Assembly (NCBI RefSeq): GCF_963921235.1
Contig: NC_086100.1
Location: 203,734,001 to 203,798,000 of the forward strand
Length of the DNA: 64,000 nucleotides
DNA from: Mobula hypostoma
Lineage: Eukaryota
Direction of reading: 5' to 3'
Shown: one piece after another, positions 40,601 to 53,690 of the stretch
Numbering within the stretch: position 1 is the first letter of the stretch
Layout of the letters: each line of letters begins with the position of its first letter
Position numbers and translations under genes: made by a program
The notes under the pieces: model-generated
What the model saw: the letters and a program-made list of their open reading frames with translations, nothing else
Database searches by the model: none
What the model was told of the DNA's origin: nothing

Positions 40601-43600
40601 TGAAATTTTTCACTATGGTGGGGCTGCCCAGGGAAATCCAGTCAGATCAGGGGAGTGTCTTCACATCTCACACATTCCGACGGATGTTAGATGAGATGGG
40701 AGCAAAGCAGATTTTGGCATCCGCGTACCACCCAGAGTCCCAAGGGGCGTTGGAATGATTCCACGCAACATTGAAGACTATGATTAAAATTTACTGTCAA
40801 GAGAACGCTAGGGGCTGGGATGATGCTTTGCCCCTTTTGCTATTTGCCGTGAGGGACACGGTTCAGGAGTCATTGGGGTTCAGCCCATTCGAGCTCGTCT
40901 TCGGTCATCGGCCCAGAGGACCCCTGACCTTACTGAAAGAGCAATGATGCAGTCTGGCAGTCCAAATTAATGTGATTGATTATGTTTTAAAATTTCATGA
41001 GAGGCTTAAAAGGATCTGTGACCTTGACAAAGAAAATCTGCGACACTCCCAAACAAACATGAAACAGTGGTATGATAGACGAGCCCGCGAACAAGTGTTC
41101 CAAGTGGGTGATCGGGTCTTAGTTCTGTTCCCAGTGGTAACCAACCCGCTCCAGGTGAGATTCCACGGTCCGTACAAGGTAATTAAAAAGATAGACCCTT
41201 TGAATTATGTTATTGAAACACCAGACAGGCGTAAACCCACACAGTTGGTACACATTAACATGTTAAAAGCTTACCACGATCAGAAAACAGATCTAGTTGG
41301 TGTTATCACGAAAATTAATGAGACTGGGGTGTCGAATGATACGGGGAAAACCCATCTTGAAAAGATAAATATGGTGCTGACCCGATTGGAGAACTCTATT
41401 GTTTTAGCTAATTTTGCTGATAAGGTCTCTCACCTAACCCCCGAACAGAGAGAGCCACTGATAAAGCTAATTAATCGGCACGCAGACGTATGTCCTGATG
41501 TCCCGAGGCGATGCAAAGGGACGGTGCATGATCTTGTTGTCACCTCAGACCAGCCTATTAAACAACACCCCTATAGGATGAACTTGGAGAAGGGCAAGCT
41601 AGTGGAGAAAGAAATTGAACACATGCTAGCCACAGATATTATTAGGTCATCCAAATCGGAATGGGCATCTTCCTGTGTGGTTGTCCCGAAAGTCGGTGGG
41701 AGCATACAATTCTGTACAGATTACAGAAAGGTGAACGCCATCACAAAAACTAATGCTTACCCCATCCCAAGTGTAAACGATTGCATCGATAAAGTGGGGA
41801 GAGCTAAGTACATCACAAAGATCGGTTTGCTGAAAGGGTACTGGTGCGTTCCTTTAACCGACCAGGCTAGAGAAATCTCAGCATTTGTCACTCCATCCGA
41901 GTTATACGAGTATAACGTTTTACATTTTGGCACGAAAAACGCCCCAGGGACCTTCCAGAGGATGATTAATTCAGTGATAAAAGGGTTAAAGAATGCAGAA
42001 GCGTATATTGATGATTTAGTGGTCTGGAGTGACGTGTGGGAGGAGCACATTGTGGCGGTAGAGGAACTGTTTAAACGGCTGTCTGAAGCCAACCTGACAG
42101 TGAACCGCGCGAAAAGTGAGTTCGGCCATGCGAAGGTCACTTATCTGGGGTATGTGGTAGGACGGGGCAGCTGGCACTGATGCAGGCTAAGGTGCCAGCT
42201 ATCTCTGAAGTTCCCATCCCGACAGACAAGAGAGCCCTGAGAAGGTTCTTGGGGATGGTGGGGTACTATAGGAAGTTTAAAAATTTTGTGGATATTACCC
42301 TCCCTCTTACTAAGCTCTTGCCAAAGAATGCAAAGTTTGTGTGGAACGACCTTTGTCAACAAGCCTTCGAGAGTCTGAAGGCGATTCTGTGTCACCATCC
42401 TGTGCTGAATGCACCTGACTTTTCAAAACCCTTCTCCCTAGCAACAGATGCTAGCGACGAAGCTGCCGGGGCGGTGCTGTTGCAGACAGACAAAAAGGGG
42501 GTTGAGCACCCAGTCGCTTACTTTTCTAAGAAATTTAATATCCATCAGAGAAATTATTCCACTGTGGAGAAAGAGTTACTGGCCATCATACTGGCATTAC
42601 AACATTTTGAGCTTTATATTTGTCCAGCACGGAAACCACTGGTAATTTACACTGATCACAACCCATTAGTGTTTTTAGCCACTATGAAGGATAAAAACAA
42701 AAGGTTGCTAAGTTGGAGCCTGGTCTTACAGGAATTTGATATTAAAATAAAACATATAAACGGAATGGAAAATGTGATTGCTGACTGTCTGTCAAGGTGT
42801 TGAAAACTTGGAGTTCTCTGTATTAGCCGAATAGCTGATGACCCTGTATATTAGTGTGTATCTAATAATGTATTCACGCCCATAATTTTTACCCCAGTAA
42901 AAATCCTTTGAAGGATAGGGGTGTGACGAAAAACCAAGTTATCAGAAGATTGATGCTGATGAAAGAGATAAGGGAGACAAAAGGGAGAAATGTTCAAAAT
43001 GTTAATGAGAGAGGGGAGAGATAACGAAAAGAGACACAATTCAGAATAGTGACAGACCAGTTGCTTTGAACCTGAACTGTTTGAAGTTTGATGGACAGGC
43101 GATACCCCAGCAGGGGGATAAAAAGAACAGGTTCGCTAAGGCACGACAGACACCATGAGATCACGAGATAACGAGACCCTGGAAGAGTGGTGTGCCCCCA
43201 CAAGTTGGTGGAAGTGTGGAAGTTTGGAGGTCTGGTTGCGGGAACCGACCATAGACGCACAGGGTGAAAAGGTACGATCGGTGGGAACCTGGTGTGTGTG
43301 TCCGCCCTTGCCTGGGTGCCGGGTTCACCGCAGAAGAACGATCGTATCCGGAACGGAGGGGTCACAGTCGGTGACCACAGAAGACATAAAAGGGTCCACC
43401 CGAAACTACCTGTGAACATCAAAGGTCTGCTGAATCAAATTTGCATTCTCTCTCTCTCTCTCCAATGGCACAACAGCGATTACTGCGAACTGTACTAAGC
43501 TGAACTGAACTCTGCGTCACTTGAGACTGATCATTTTACCCCTAGACTGCGATAGAGCTTGGTTGATTCCTATTACCCTAGTTCTGTGTACATGTGTGTT

Positions 43601-43753
43601 TTATCATTGCTAACCTGTTGCATTTATATCCCTACAATTAGAGTACTGTGTTATTTATTTCTTTAATAGAACTTTATTAGTTTCTGTTAAACCAGACTCC
43701 AACTAGTGGTCCATTTCTGCTGGTTTGGCAACCCAGTTACGGGGTACGTAACA
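37628..43753 (+). mobile_element. Gmr1-type Gypsy LTR retrotransposon, near complete but mutated
   Basis: Truncated 5' LTR 37628-38167; tRNA-Pro-like PBS 38172-38190; gag-PR-IN-RT-RNase H; PPT; 3' LTR 42922-43753 with TG...CA. Confidence 0.93.
38267..42803 (+). pseudogene. gag-pol of the Gmr1-type element, broken by stops and frameshifts
   Basis: SCAN-like PEAYRQRF...IEQF; knuckle CYNCGKAGHFASRC; IN H2C2 and QSDQGS; RT YIDD; RNase H TDAS/EKELLA/TDH. Confidence 0.9.
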
Positions 43754-44240
43754 GTAGAGAGTGGTGAGCGCGTGGAATGGGCTGCCGGCGACGGTGGTGG
43801 AGACAGATACGATCGGGTCTTTTAAGAGACTCCTGCATAGGTACATAGAGCTTAGAAAAATAGAGTGCTATGTGTAACCAGAGGTAATTTCTAATGTAAA
43901 TAAAAGTTCGGCACAACATTGTGGGCCAAAGGGCCTGTATTGTACTGTAGGTTTTCTATGTTTCTATTTAAGGGGAGACCTTCGGTCAAAGATAAAATGC
44001 CAGGTGGTTGTTAATAAATTTCAAGATAAATTTAGTGAGGAGGATGTGGAACTCACTGCCATAGGAGTGTTTGCAGCGGAACAGCAGAGATTGAATATAA
44101 TGGGGAAACTGGATAAACACTCGCAAGACCATGGAGTTCAGGGCACTGTTGCTGCGTGTGTTGAGTAGGTGGGAAGAGTATTATGAAGCAGAGAAATTGA
44201 TAGGAGAAGATGGACCGAATGGCCTGTTTATTATAGAGAA
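43754..44240 (+). mobile_element. Two CR1 3' fragments
   Basis: RVVSAWN; tails gggccaaagggcctgt and ggaccgaatggcctgt. Confidence 0.7.
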
Positions 44241-44953
44241 TGGGATATAATCCCATGTGAATCTTATCCGAAAAAGTAAAGAAACAGTGAAAGTTTCCAT
44301 AATGTGATGGAAACCAAATATAGGGATAAATCTGATGTGTGGGTCATATTTTCTGTTCTGACTGATTGACAGAGAAACCGTCACACCCACCGCACTAGAC
44401 ACACTCACAGTCTGTGATTGGAACTGCGTGTTAATGGGAGTTTTAGAGGATATTTAAAGTAGTAATTAAGGACACATTCAGCACCTCTGTGCTGTGATCA
44501 GAGTCAATAATTTCAGAGAAGATTGTATTCTGTCCTGGGATGTACAGAAGCTGTGGAAATCCAGTTTTGGGACAACAACAGCCCTGAGTAGTTGTATCAG
44601 TTCTCTGGAGAAAAACAGTTTACTGCCACTTGTAAATGCTGTGTGTAGGAGCAACACATCTGTATACATTGTATTCTGTGTTGCATGCTTATGATGGTAA
44701 CTAGTCACGTGAGTGGGGTGTGGTAAAAGGGAAGGGAATTAGTTACGTATTTGTACTGGGCAGTTTTGAGCTGGGGATGGACAGCTGTCGTATCTTTCGT
44801 TGCCCACTCATTTGCTGCTTACTTTATGATTAATTACCATGAAATTTTATCGTTTTAAGATTATCTGTTGCTGATGAAGGATCAAATATATATCTTCGAC
44901 ATTTTGGAAGGTCATTATTGGAATGATTGGGGGGCGTGTCATAGAAGTATAAC

Positions 44954-45517
44954 TGTTGTGGCGTGGATGAAGTCACTGGAGAGACAGAGTTACTGGTAGA
45001 TACAAAGCAGCTTCTGTATTCGACACAACAAGGTACAGCAGGCATCATACGGACGGAGACACTTTTGGTAGAAAGGTCTGCTAGCCCAGTGTGGGCTCAA
45101 TATTTATATGCTAAACAGAAAGGCAATTGTTACTTAAAAGTTATAGACAATGCATAGACAATGCTTCCTATTGAAGCTACCTACAAACATCACAACTTCT
45201 GACTTTATCCTTCCCTTCCAACGCCAACATGTCTGGGTTGGTATCCACAGCCTTTAGGAATGCAAGTTAAATCCACAGTACATTTATTTGGCATTTTACG
45301 AACATAGAAGACAATTAATATTTATAAAGTATAGATAATACTGTCCTCGAAACTACAGCATCAGGTCAAACTAGGGCGCCGGATGCATCTGGTATTCACA
45401 CCTTTTTAGGAAGCGCATTGTTGTGAACTGAATCCACAGTACTTTGTCAAATAGAAGTCTGGTGGCCAGAGTCATTTAAGTGTAAATGGATCAGCTACCC
45501 CAAAACTGACTGTAACA
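44954..45517 (-). mobile_element. Solo LTR
   Basis: TGTT...AACA; ATAAC duplicated at 44949-44953 and 45518-45522; TATAAA on minus strand. Confidence 0.75.
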
Positions 45518-45633
45518 ATAACAATCTGTGCGAGGTCGGCAATTGATTTGTTAGAAATGGCCACTGTTTACTTCGAATATACCACCGTTTATTTAGCGCT
45601 CTTTGACAGAAACAAATTGAAATAATCCCTCAC

Positions 45634-46421
45634 CTTGAGAAATATCACACTGTCTTTTTGATCCATCTGTTCCTTCAAATTTGAGATTTCCTCCTGAATA
45701 AACCTAATCTCTTGAATCTCCAGACGATTTTTCTCCATTTGATTCAGAATCCTCTCCTCTTCCTTCCTGAGATCCCTGAATAAACTCTGCTCTTTCTCAG
45801 TGATAGTTCAGCAAACTGGGATGTGATGTGGGTCTGAACGCTGAGTGACTGTTCCTGTTGAATGAAAGGTGAAGAGTAATTTACTGTCGTACTGTGTTGT
45901 ATTTCGTTATGACATTAAGGTGACCATTCTGTCCATTAGAGTCCATGCTAGTTCTCAGAGCATTCACGTCAACGCCATTCCTTCACATATATTTAAGGTG
46001 ACCATTCGGTCCATTAAAGTCCATGCTAGTTCTGAGAACATTCCAGTCAACACCATCCCTTCACGTTTTCCTGAAACCCATTCTCGCCCATTGACCCATT
46101 AATTGCCACCTGATGCATAAACACCCTCCCCGACCTTCACAGGGTTAATTGGAATTAACCATGTCCCTGGGATGTGTCTGAAACTCTCGTGGTAAGAGGG
46201 AGAACATGTAAACTCCACACAGACAGCACCAGAGGTCAGGATCGAACACAGGTCACTGGAGCTGTGATACTCTGCTATTCCACATTAAAGGGAGCAAAAC
46301 TAAACAGTAATATCAGAAATTCTGCTCAGGAAGCCTCACCCGAACTCCAGAAATCTTCTCTTTCTGTTGCTGCTCCTTTTCCAGGAAGTCTGAATTCTTT
46401 TTTGTAAGAGAGTCTAAGGAA
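45634..46421 (-). pseudogene. TRIM-family gene relic: coiled-coil exons 45634-45854 and 46340-~46421
   Basis: DSLTKKNSDFLEKEQQQKEKISGVR|gt and ag|EQSLSVQTHITSQFAEL..ITEKEQSLFRDLRKEEERILNQMEK...DSVIFLK|gt, with frameshifts; family call from memory of TRIM exons. Confidence 0.7.
46100..46285 (-). mobile_element. tRNA-derived V-SINE (HE1-like) fragment
   Basis: gggagaacatgtaaactccacacag V-domain signature and B-box-like ggatcgaac. Confidence 0.6.
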
Positions 46422-46705
46422 TGTCGAACGATAGGACAAGAGAAGAAAACTGAGGCCATTTGAAGTGGTGACGGGACGACCTATGTCATTACTGGAAGCT
46501 CTCGATCTGAGAGATGCTCATGTAGATGTTACGTTAGAAAAGGACATACTTTGATTCCTGACAAGGGGGTCCCAGTCAAGGAACAGCAAAAGGTTATGTA
46601 TTCATTGGTTATGTATTAGCAGATTACCCATGTGATGTATTTATTAACATTTTGTAGCCTATTAATTAAAAACAAAGGATCTAGTGCTTTCCTGGTGTAT
46701 ATGAC

Positions 46706-46955
46706 AATTAAAGTCTTCTTGGGCTTCCAGCCGGGTACAGGTCTCGCTTTTAACCAACATTTCAATGACAAACTCTGCATCTTCAGCAGGGAGGTCACCT
46801 GGTCATGTCTAATCCAGACGGCTGATGGGGCTATATATACTACTGGACCAGACATCCCCAGGCATTATCCCCGATGAAGGTGGCAGAGTTTGTAATCAAA
46901 ACTTCTGTTAAACTTGATACCTGTACCTGGCTGAAAGCAGCAGAAGAATTTATTG
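46706..46955. mobile_element. Older palindromic Penelope-terminus-like element
   Basis: Imperfect inverted arms ~46706-46792 / 46868-46955, each with a decayed CTGATGA...GAAA core. Confidence 0.6.
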
Positions 46956-47724
46956 GCCTATTAATCCATTCAACATTATCGAGATAACTTTCTTTATCTT
47001 AATACAAAAATGATAGAGTTTTCAGAGTGCTGTGTTTAATTTCTTTGACTTACACTTCTGAGCATTAGTTCCCCTCTTGGCATTCATTCTCAGCTCATCG
47101 TTTAGTTTGCTTAGTATTTGTGTGTTTGTTTGTACTCTGAGATAAACTGAAATCTTGAATTAAGGTCACGTGTTATTTTTGACTTCCGGAAGAACCCTAA
47201 GGATCAGAAATTAAACAGAATTTCAAAAGAAGAAATCCGTCATGATTGGATGGCAGGAAAGAATTGATGGGCTGAATGGCCTAATTTGCTCCTTTATCTC
47301 ATGGTCTTTCAGTCTATCAAATTCACAGGCGCTTTGAGGGGTCTACGACCAAAGGAGGCCATAAGATACAGGAACCGAATTCAGCTATTCGGCTTGTGAT
47401 GGAGAGCACTCGGGAAACACACCCCTTACACACAGAAACATTGTCTTCTCATTCTGTTGTTGATCAGCTAAATATATACATTTCAATGTTTTACCCAGTA
47501 TATTTCATATAGGGTTTTAAACTGGGTTGATACGCTTGGGTTGGCTTTGTGGTGCCTTTCCTAAGATACACTGCAGAATCTTCAATGTCTCTGGTGATGG
47601 GGATGTGTATGATGTTTGTATACTGGATACAGATAGATCTATCTTTCTATTTTGTAACATGGTTGTATCTATATCGTGGGGTCTATCATATTCTAACTTT
47701 GTGGGTAATTAATGATGGTGTGTC

Positions 47725-49620
47725 CTGTGTGTCCATTCCCTCCCTGTCCATATATCTATCCAATTTAACTTTAAACAACAACATAGAACTTGCCTCAGCC
47801 ACTTCTGCTGGAAGCTCGTTCCACACAGCTACCACTCTCTGAGTAAAGAAGTTCCCCCTCATGTTACCCCTAAACTTTTGCCCTTAACTCTCAACTCATG
47901 TCTTCTTGTTTGAATCTTCCCCACTCTCAATGGAAAAAGCCTATCCACGTCAACTCCATCTATCCCCCTCATAATTTTAAATACCTCTATCAAGTCTCCC
48001 CTCAACCTTCTACGCTCCAAAGAATAAAGACCCAACTTGTTCAACCTTTCTCTGTAACTTAGGTGATGAAACCCAGGTAATATTCTAGTAAATCTTCTCT
48101 GTACTCTCTCCATTTTGTTGACATCTTTCCTATAATTCGGCGACCAGAACTGTACACAATACTCCAAATTTGGCCTTACCAATGCCTTGTACAATTTCAA
48201 CATTACATCCCAACTCCTATACTCAATGCTCTGATTTATAAAGGCCAGCATACCAAAAGCTTTCTTCACCACCCTATCCATATGAGATTCCACCTTCAGG
48301 GAACTACGCACCATTATTCCTAGATCCCTCTGTTCTACTGCATTCGTCAATGCCCTACCGTTTACCATGTATGTCCTATTTTGATTAGTCCTACCAAAAT
48401 GTAGCACCTCACATTTACCAGAATTACACTCCATCTTCCATCTTTCAGTCCACTCTTCTAACTGGCCTAAATCTCCTTGCAAGTTTTGAAAACCTACTTC
48501 ATTATTCACAACTCCACCTATCTTAGTATCATTTGCATACTTACTAATCCAATTTACCATCCCATCATCCAGCTCATTAATATATATGACAAACAACATT
48601 GGACCCAGTACAGATCCCTGAGGCACACCACTAGTCACCGGCCTTCAATCTGACACACAGTTATCCACCACTACTCTCTGGCGTCTCCCATCCAGCCACT
48701 GCTGAATCCATTTTACTACTTCAATATTAATACCTAACGATTGAACATTCCTAACTAACCTTCCTTGTGGAACCTTGTCAAAGGCCTTACTGAAGTCCAT
48801 ATAGACAACATCCACTGCTTTACCCTCATCAACTTTCCTAGTAACCTCTTCAAAAAATTCAATAAGATTTGTCAAACATGACTTTCCATGCACAAATCCA
48901 TGTTGACTGTTCCTAATCAGACCCTGTCTATCCAGATAATTATATATACCATCTCTAAGAATAATTTCCATCAATTTACCCACCACTGACGTCAAACTCA
49001 GAGGCCGATAATTTCTAGGTTTACTCTTAGAACCCTTTTTAAACAATGGAACAACATGAGCAATACACCAATCCTCTGGCACCATCCCCATTTCTAATGA
49101 CATTTGAAATATTTCTGTCAGAGCCCTTGCTACTTCCACATTAACTTCCCTCAAGATCCGAGGGAATATCCTGTCAGGACCTGGAGACTTATCCACTTGT
49201 ATATTCCTTAAAAGTGCCAGTACTTCCTCTTCTTTAATCATCATAGCTTCCATAACTACCCTACTTGTTTCCTTTACCTTACACAACTCAATATCCTTCT
49301 CCTTAGTGAATACCGAAGAAAAGAAATTGTTCAAAATCTCCTCCATCTCTCTTGGCTCCGCACATAGCCATCCATTCTGATTCTCTAAGGGACTAATTTT
49401 ATCCCTCACTATCCTTTTGCTATTAATATAACTAGAAACTCTTTGGATTTATTTTCACCTTACTTGCCAAAGCAACCTCATATCTTCCTTTAGCTTTTCT
49501 AATTTCTTTCTTAAGATTCCTCTTACATTCTTTATATTCCTCGAGCACCTCATTTCCTCCAAGCTGCCTATATCTATTGTAAATCTCTCTCTTTTTCCGA
49601 ACCAAGTTTCCAATATCTTT
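47725..49620 (-). mobile_element. CR1 LINE RT region
   Basis: ORFs 48645..49409 and 47859..48638 ([17 protein letters not shown]). Confidence 0.92.
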
Positions 49621-50669
49621 CCTATCTGGAGACCAGAACCGAACACAAAATTCTCAGCGTCATCTAACCGGACTTTTAGAGAACTGCAACATGATCAAAA
49701 TAACTGCCCCAACTAATGAAGGCCAACATAGCATATGCCTTCTTAAACAGCCTTCCAGTTTTATTGAAAGGATGTGATTGTGCAGGCAGTGGGGAAACCT
49801 CCCTCCAGTGTTTGTCGATCTTGTACTGGAGATTCAATATCACTTCACCCTGCCACTTTGTTTTGGCCCATGTCTTTATTATCCAGGTCCCCAGCTTGCC
49901 ATATTGGGATCTTCCTCCTCGTGAAACCCATTTTAAAGTTTAAAGTTACCAGTATGTTCAGGTTGTGGTGTTATTACTCATGGACTGGGAGAGTCTGCAC
50001 AGTTTCACCCTGCCCTGTGGCTTTCGCAATGGAATCTGCTGTTAGGCTCTCAGGCGGGTTTAAAGTTGGGCTGCTGTGCCCCCCCCCCCACAACAGACCT
50101 CGGCATTATTTTAGCAAACCTGTTTGCTGGTTGTCTGCTTTGGCTGCAATCCCTTACTGTCGCTAGGATACCGGCCTGCAGTGTTTGCTTATCCTGCTCG
50201 AGGTACTGCGAAAGAGAATCTGCAGATGTTCCAACATGCTGGAGGAGCTCAGCAGGCCAAGCAGCATCTGTGGAAAAAAATACAGTTGACGTTTTGGACC
50301 GACCTTTGGCTGGACTAGGGATTTGGTTAGGGTATTTCTAAACCTGAACCCCTTTCAGGGCACCATCCTGTAAGTGGTCAGGGTTTTGAAATACAATACG
50401 ACAGGGTGTTGGTGAGGCTGAATTTTAATATTGATTTTGGTTCAGAACCCCTGGTGTAAGAAAGTGATCAGTATATTAACATTGAAAATAGTCCAACAGA
50501 GATTCATTCTTTACAAACAAAAACAGCTAAAACAATTCACAAACAAATGAGAATCTGCAGATGCTGCAAATCAAACCAATACACACAAAATGCAGGAGCA
50601 ACTCAGTAGGCCAGGCAGCATCTATGGTAAAGAGTACAGTCGATGTTTTGGGACTTCATTGGTGGATCA

Positions 50670-51110
50670 GCTCCCAGTATCACATTCAGAAACACAAACA
50701 GAAACAAGGAATGACCCAACATTGTCTGAAGTCTATGAAATCACCATGCAAGGATGGCCAGCTCATAGGTAACCCTATGTTTCCAAAGCTCTCACTGAGA
50801 TGAGACCAACTCTCGGTATGTTAAGGAACTCTGATGTGTTGATCACGTGATCTGGTTCCCTCTGAACTCCAGGAAAGACAGAAAAACTCCAGAAAATCTC
50901 CAGGAAAGACACCTGGGTGCAGTCAAGATGACCCGAAGTTAAGTGCTATGGCCAGGAATAGATAGACAAATTGAAATCTTGTTCGAAAGCTGTTTGGGAT
51001 GCCATAAAGTTCAGAATGCAACCCCTCAGGCTCTGTTCCACCCGTCTACATCATGGAAAAGTGTACAGGTAGATTTTGCTGGGCCCTTCATGCACTCCAT
51101 CTTTCTGATT
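50670..51110 (+). mobile_element. Gypsy integrase fragment
   Basis: NDPTLSEV...HLGAVKM...WPGIDRQIE...CLGC...VDFAGPF. Confidence 0.7.
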
Positions 51111-52269
51111 GCTACTCCACTCACTATTCCCATTCCAACTTGCCTAAGACAGAGGAATAAGACAAGGAGCAGAATTAGGTCATTTAGCCCCTGCATTTTT
51201 CTAAATTCCAGTGAGTACAGGCCAAAAGCTGCCAAACACTCCTTGTATGTTAACCCCTTCATTCCTGGAATCATCCTCGTAAAACCAGAATCATCTGTCG
51301 TGATGGTTAGAACAAAGGTACTCAACAAAGCAGTCCCCCAATCAGTGTCAGGCGTCGCTATTGCAGAGGAGGGTGGATACTGTCGGTGACCTTGACAAAC
51401 TCACAAGTGAAGTGTCAGCTCATCTGGGTGCACTGTTCGGGACCTTGAATATCGGTACGTGAGGAGGTGAATGGGCAGGTGTAGCAATTGCTGAGACCCA
51501 ATGGAGATTAGACAAACGTGTGTTGTTTTCTCTGGAGCTGCGGAGGCTGAAGGAAGATTTAACAAATGTTTGTGAGGTTACAGAGTTATCGATAGAATAG
51601 GCAATTGGTATTGTTATGCCAGGATGGAAAGATCAAAGACTAGGTGGCATGCATTTACACTGAATGGGGTTAAGTTGAAAGAAGATGTGCAGGGCAAGGC
51701 TTTGTTGACACATTGGGGTGGGTGCATGAAATGAAGAGGCTCTAAAATAGGTACATGAATGTGCAGGGAATGGACAAGCGAGGATATTATATTGGCAGGT
51801 GGCATTAGTTTGGTGGGGCATTAAATGATAAATTAATGACGTGTTTCTGGAATGTATTGTTCAGTGTTTGATGTTCATCGGAATGTTGTTCCACCCTTGG
51901 ACTGGATACAGCAAATCCGGCTGATTATGTCAGTTCCTGAGAAGTCATCATCAACATCCACACCCTTAGAGCAATAAATAAAACCTACAATTCTTTCTTG
52001 ACAGTTCCAGCTAAATTTATGATTAAAACATGCATACATTACCACATACCGCATGGAGATTCAATTTCTCGCAGCTATTTAGAAGAGAAAAAACAGAATA
52101 GAATTCATTAAAAACTACGCAGGAAGATGGAGAAACCACGAATGTTAGGAAAAATAAAGTTTGCAAATAAAAAAAATATGATGATGACATTGAATTGTAG
52201 ACTCCTTGAAAGTGAGTCTGTAGGTTGTGGAATCATTTTAGATTTATTGGTGATTTAAATTATCCACAC

Positions 52270-53690
52270 TGATGGCTGCAGGGAAACAACTGTTCCTGAA
52301 CCCGGTGATGTCAGACCAGAAAGGTGCAGGATCCCTCTCCCTGACGTCGTGGTGAGAAGAGGGCACATCCTGAATGGTGGACGTCCTTTATGATAGACGC
52401 TGCTTTCTGGTGGCAGTGCTCCATGTAAATGTATTCAATGGTGTTTAGAGGTTTGCCTGTGATCGACTGGGCTCTATCCACCACTTTTCCAACACTTTCT
52501 GAAAGCCTAAAATTGCAAAGGTCACTCCACTCTTCAAGAAGGGAAGAAATCAGTAGCTTCAGCTCACTGGCTGGGAAGATGTCAGAATCGATTAGAAAGG
52601 ATGAGGTCTTAAGGTACTTGGAGGGACCTGAGAAAATAGGCCAAAGTCTGCACAGGTCCCTCAAAGGGAAAATCTGTTGGAATTCGTTGAGGAACTAAAA
52701 ACAAGACGGATAAAGTAATACTGGTAGATGTTGTGTACTTGGATTTTCAGACGGACTTTGACAAGGTGAGGGTGCTAAACAAAATAAGAGTGCAGTGTGT
52801 GAGTAGATTGACATGAGCACGGATAAAGCATTGGCTGATTGCCAGCGGACAGAGTGGGAATAATGGAGCATTTTCTGCAATAACGGTGGCTAGTGGTGTT
52901 CCTCAGGGGTCAGTGTTGGGACCGTTTCTTTTTATGTTACATGTCAATGATTTCTGCGATAGGTTTAATGCCTTAGTGGCCAAGATTGTGGACAACACAA
53001 AGTAGGTGGCGGGTCAGGTAGTGTTGAGGAAGCAGGGCACTACAGAGGGATTTGATAGATTAGGAGAATGGGCAACGCCGTGTCGATGGAAGACTGTGGC
53101 AAAAGGTCTATGGTCATACATTTTGGTGGAAGAAATAATAAGTATAGACGATTCTTCCAATCAGTAAGAAAATTCAAAAGTCAATGGGTTGAAAGGACCT
53201 GTGTGTCCTTGTACAGAACTCCCTAAAGGTTTATTTGCAATTTGAGTCAGTGGTGAGGAAGGCCAATACATTGTTGTCATTCATTTCCAGAGGACTAGAA
53301 TATAAAAGCAAGTATGTAATGTTAAGGGTGAGGCCTCACTTGGAGCATTACAAGTAGTTTTGGGCCTGTTACACAGGAAAGGATATGCGGATGTTGGGGA
53401 GGGTTCAAAGGAGCTTCACAAAACTGATTCGAGAATGAAAGGCTTACGTATATGAAAAGCGTCTGATGACGCTGGACCGGTACCCACTGGAATTTAGAAG
53501 AATGAAGGCTTGCTAATTGAATCCTACTGAATATTAAAAGGCCTAAAGTGGATGTAGAGAGGACATTTGTAGTGTGGCTGCCTACGATCAGAGGAGACAG
53601 CCTCCGAATAGAGCAACATTCCTTTGGAATGAAAATGAGGAGGAATTTCTTTAGCCAGTGTGGTGAATCCATGGAATTCACCACTTCTTT
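52270..53690. mobile_element. Rex fragment (-, to ~52490) and decayed CR1 RT (+)
   Basis: [26 protein letters not shown]. Confidence 0.7.

Noticed and set aside
44250..44950. Possible PRY-SPRY exons of the TRIM relic
   Set aside because: No convincing motif readable in any frame
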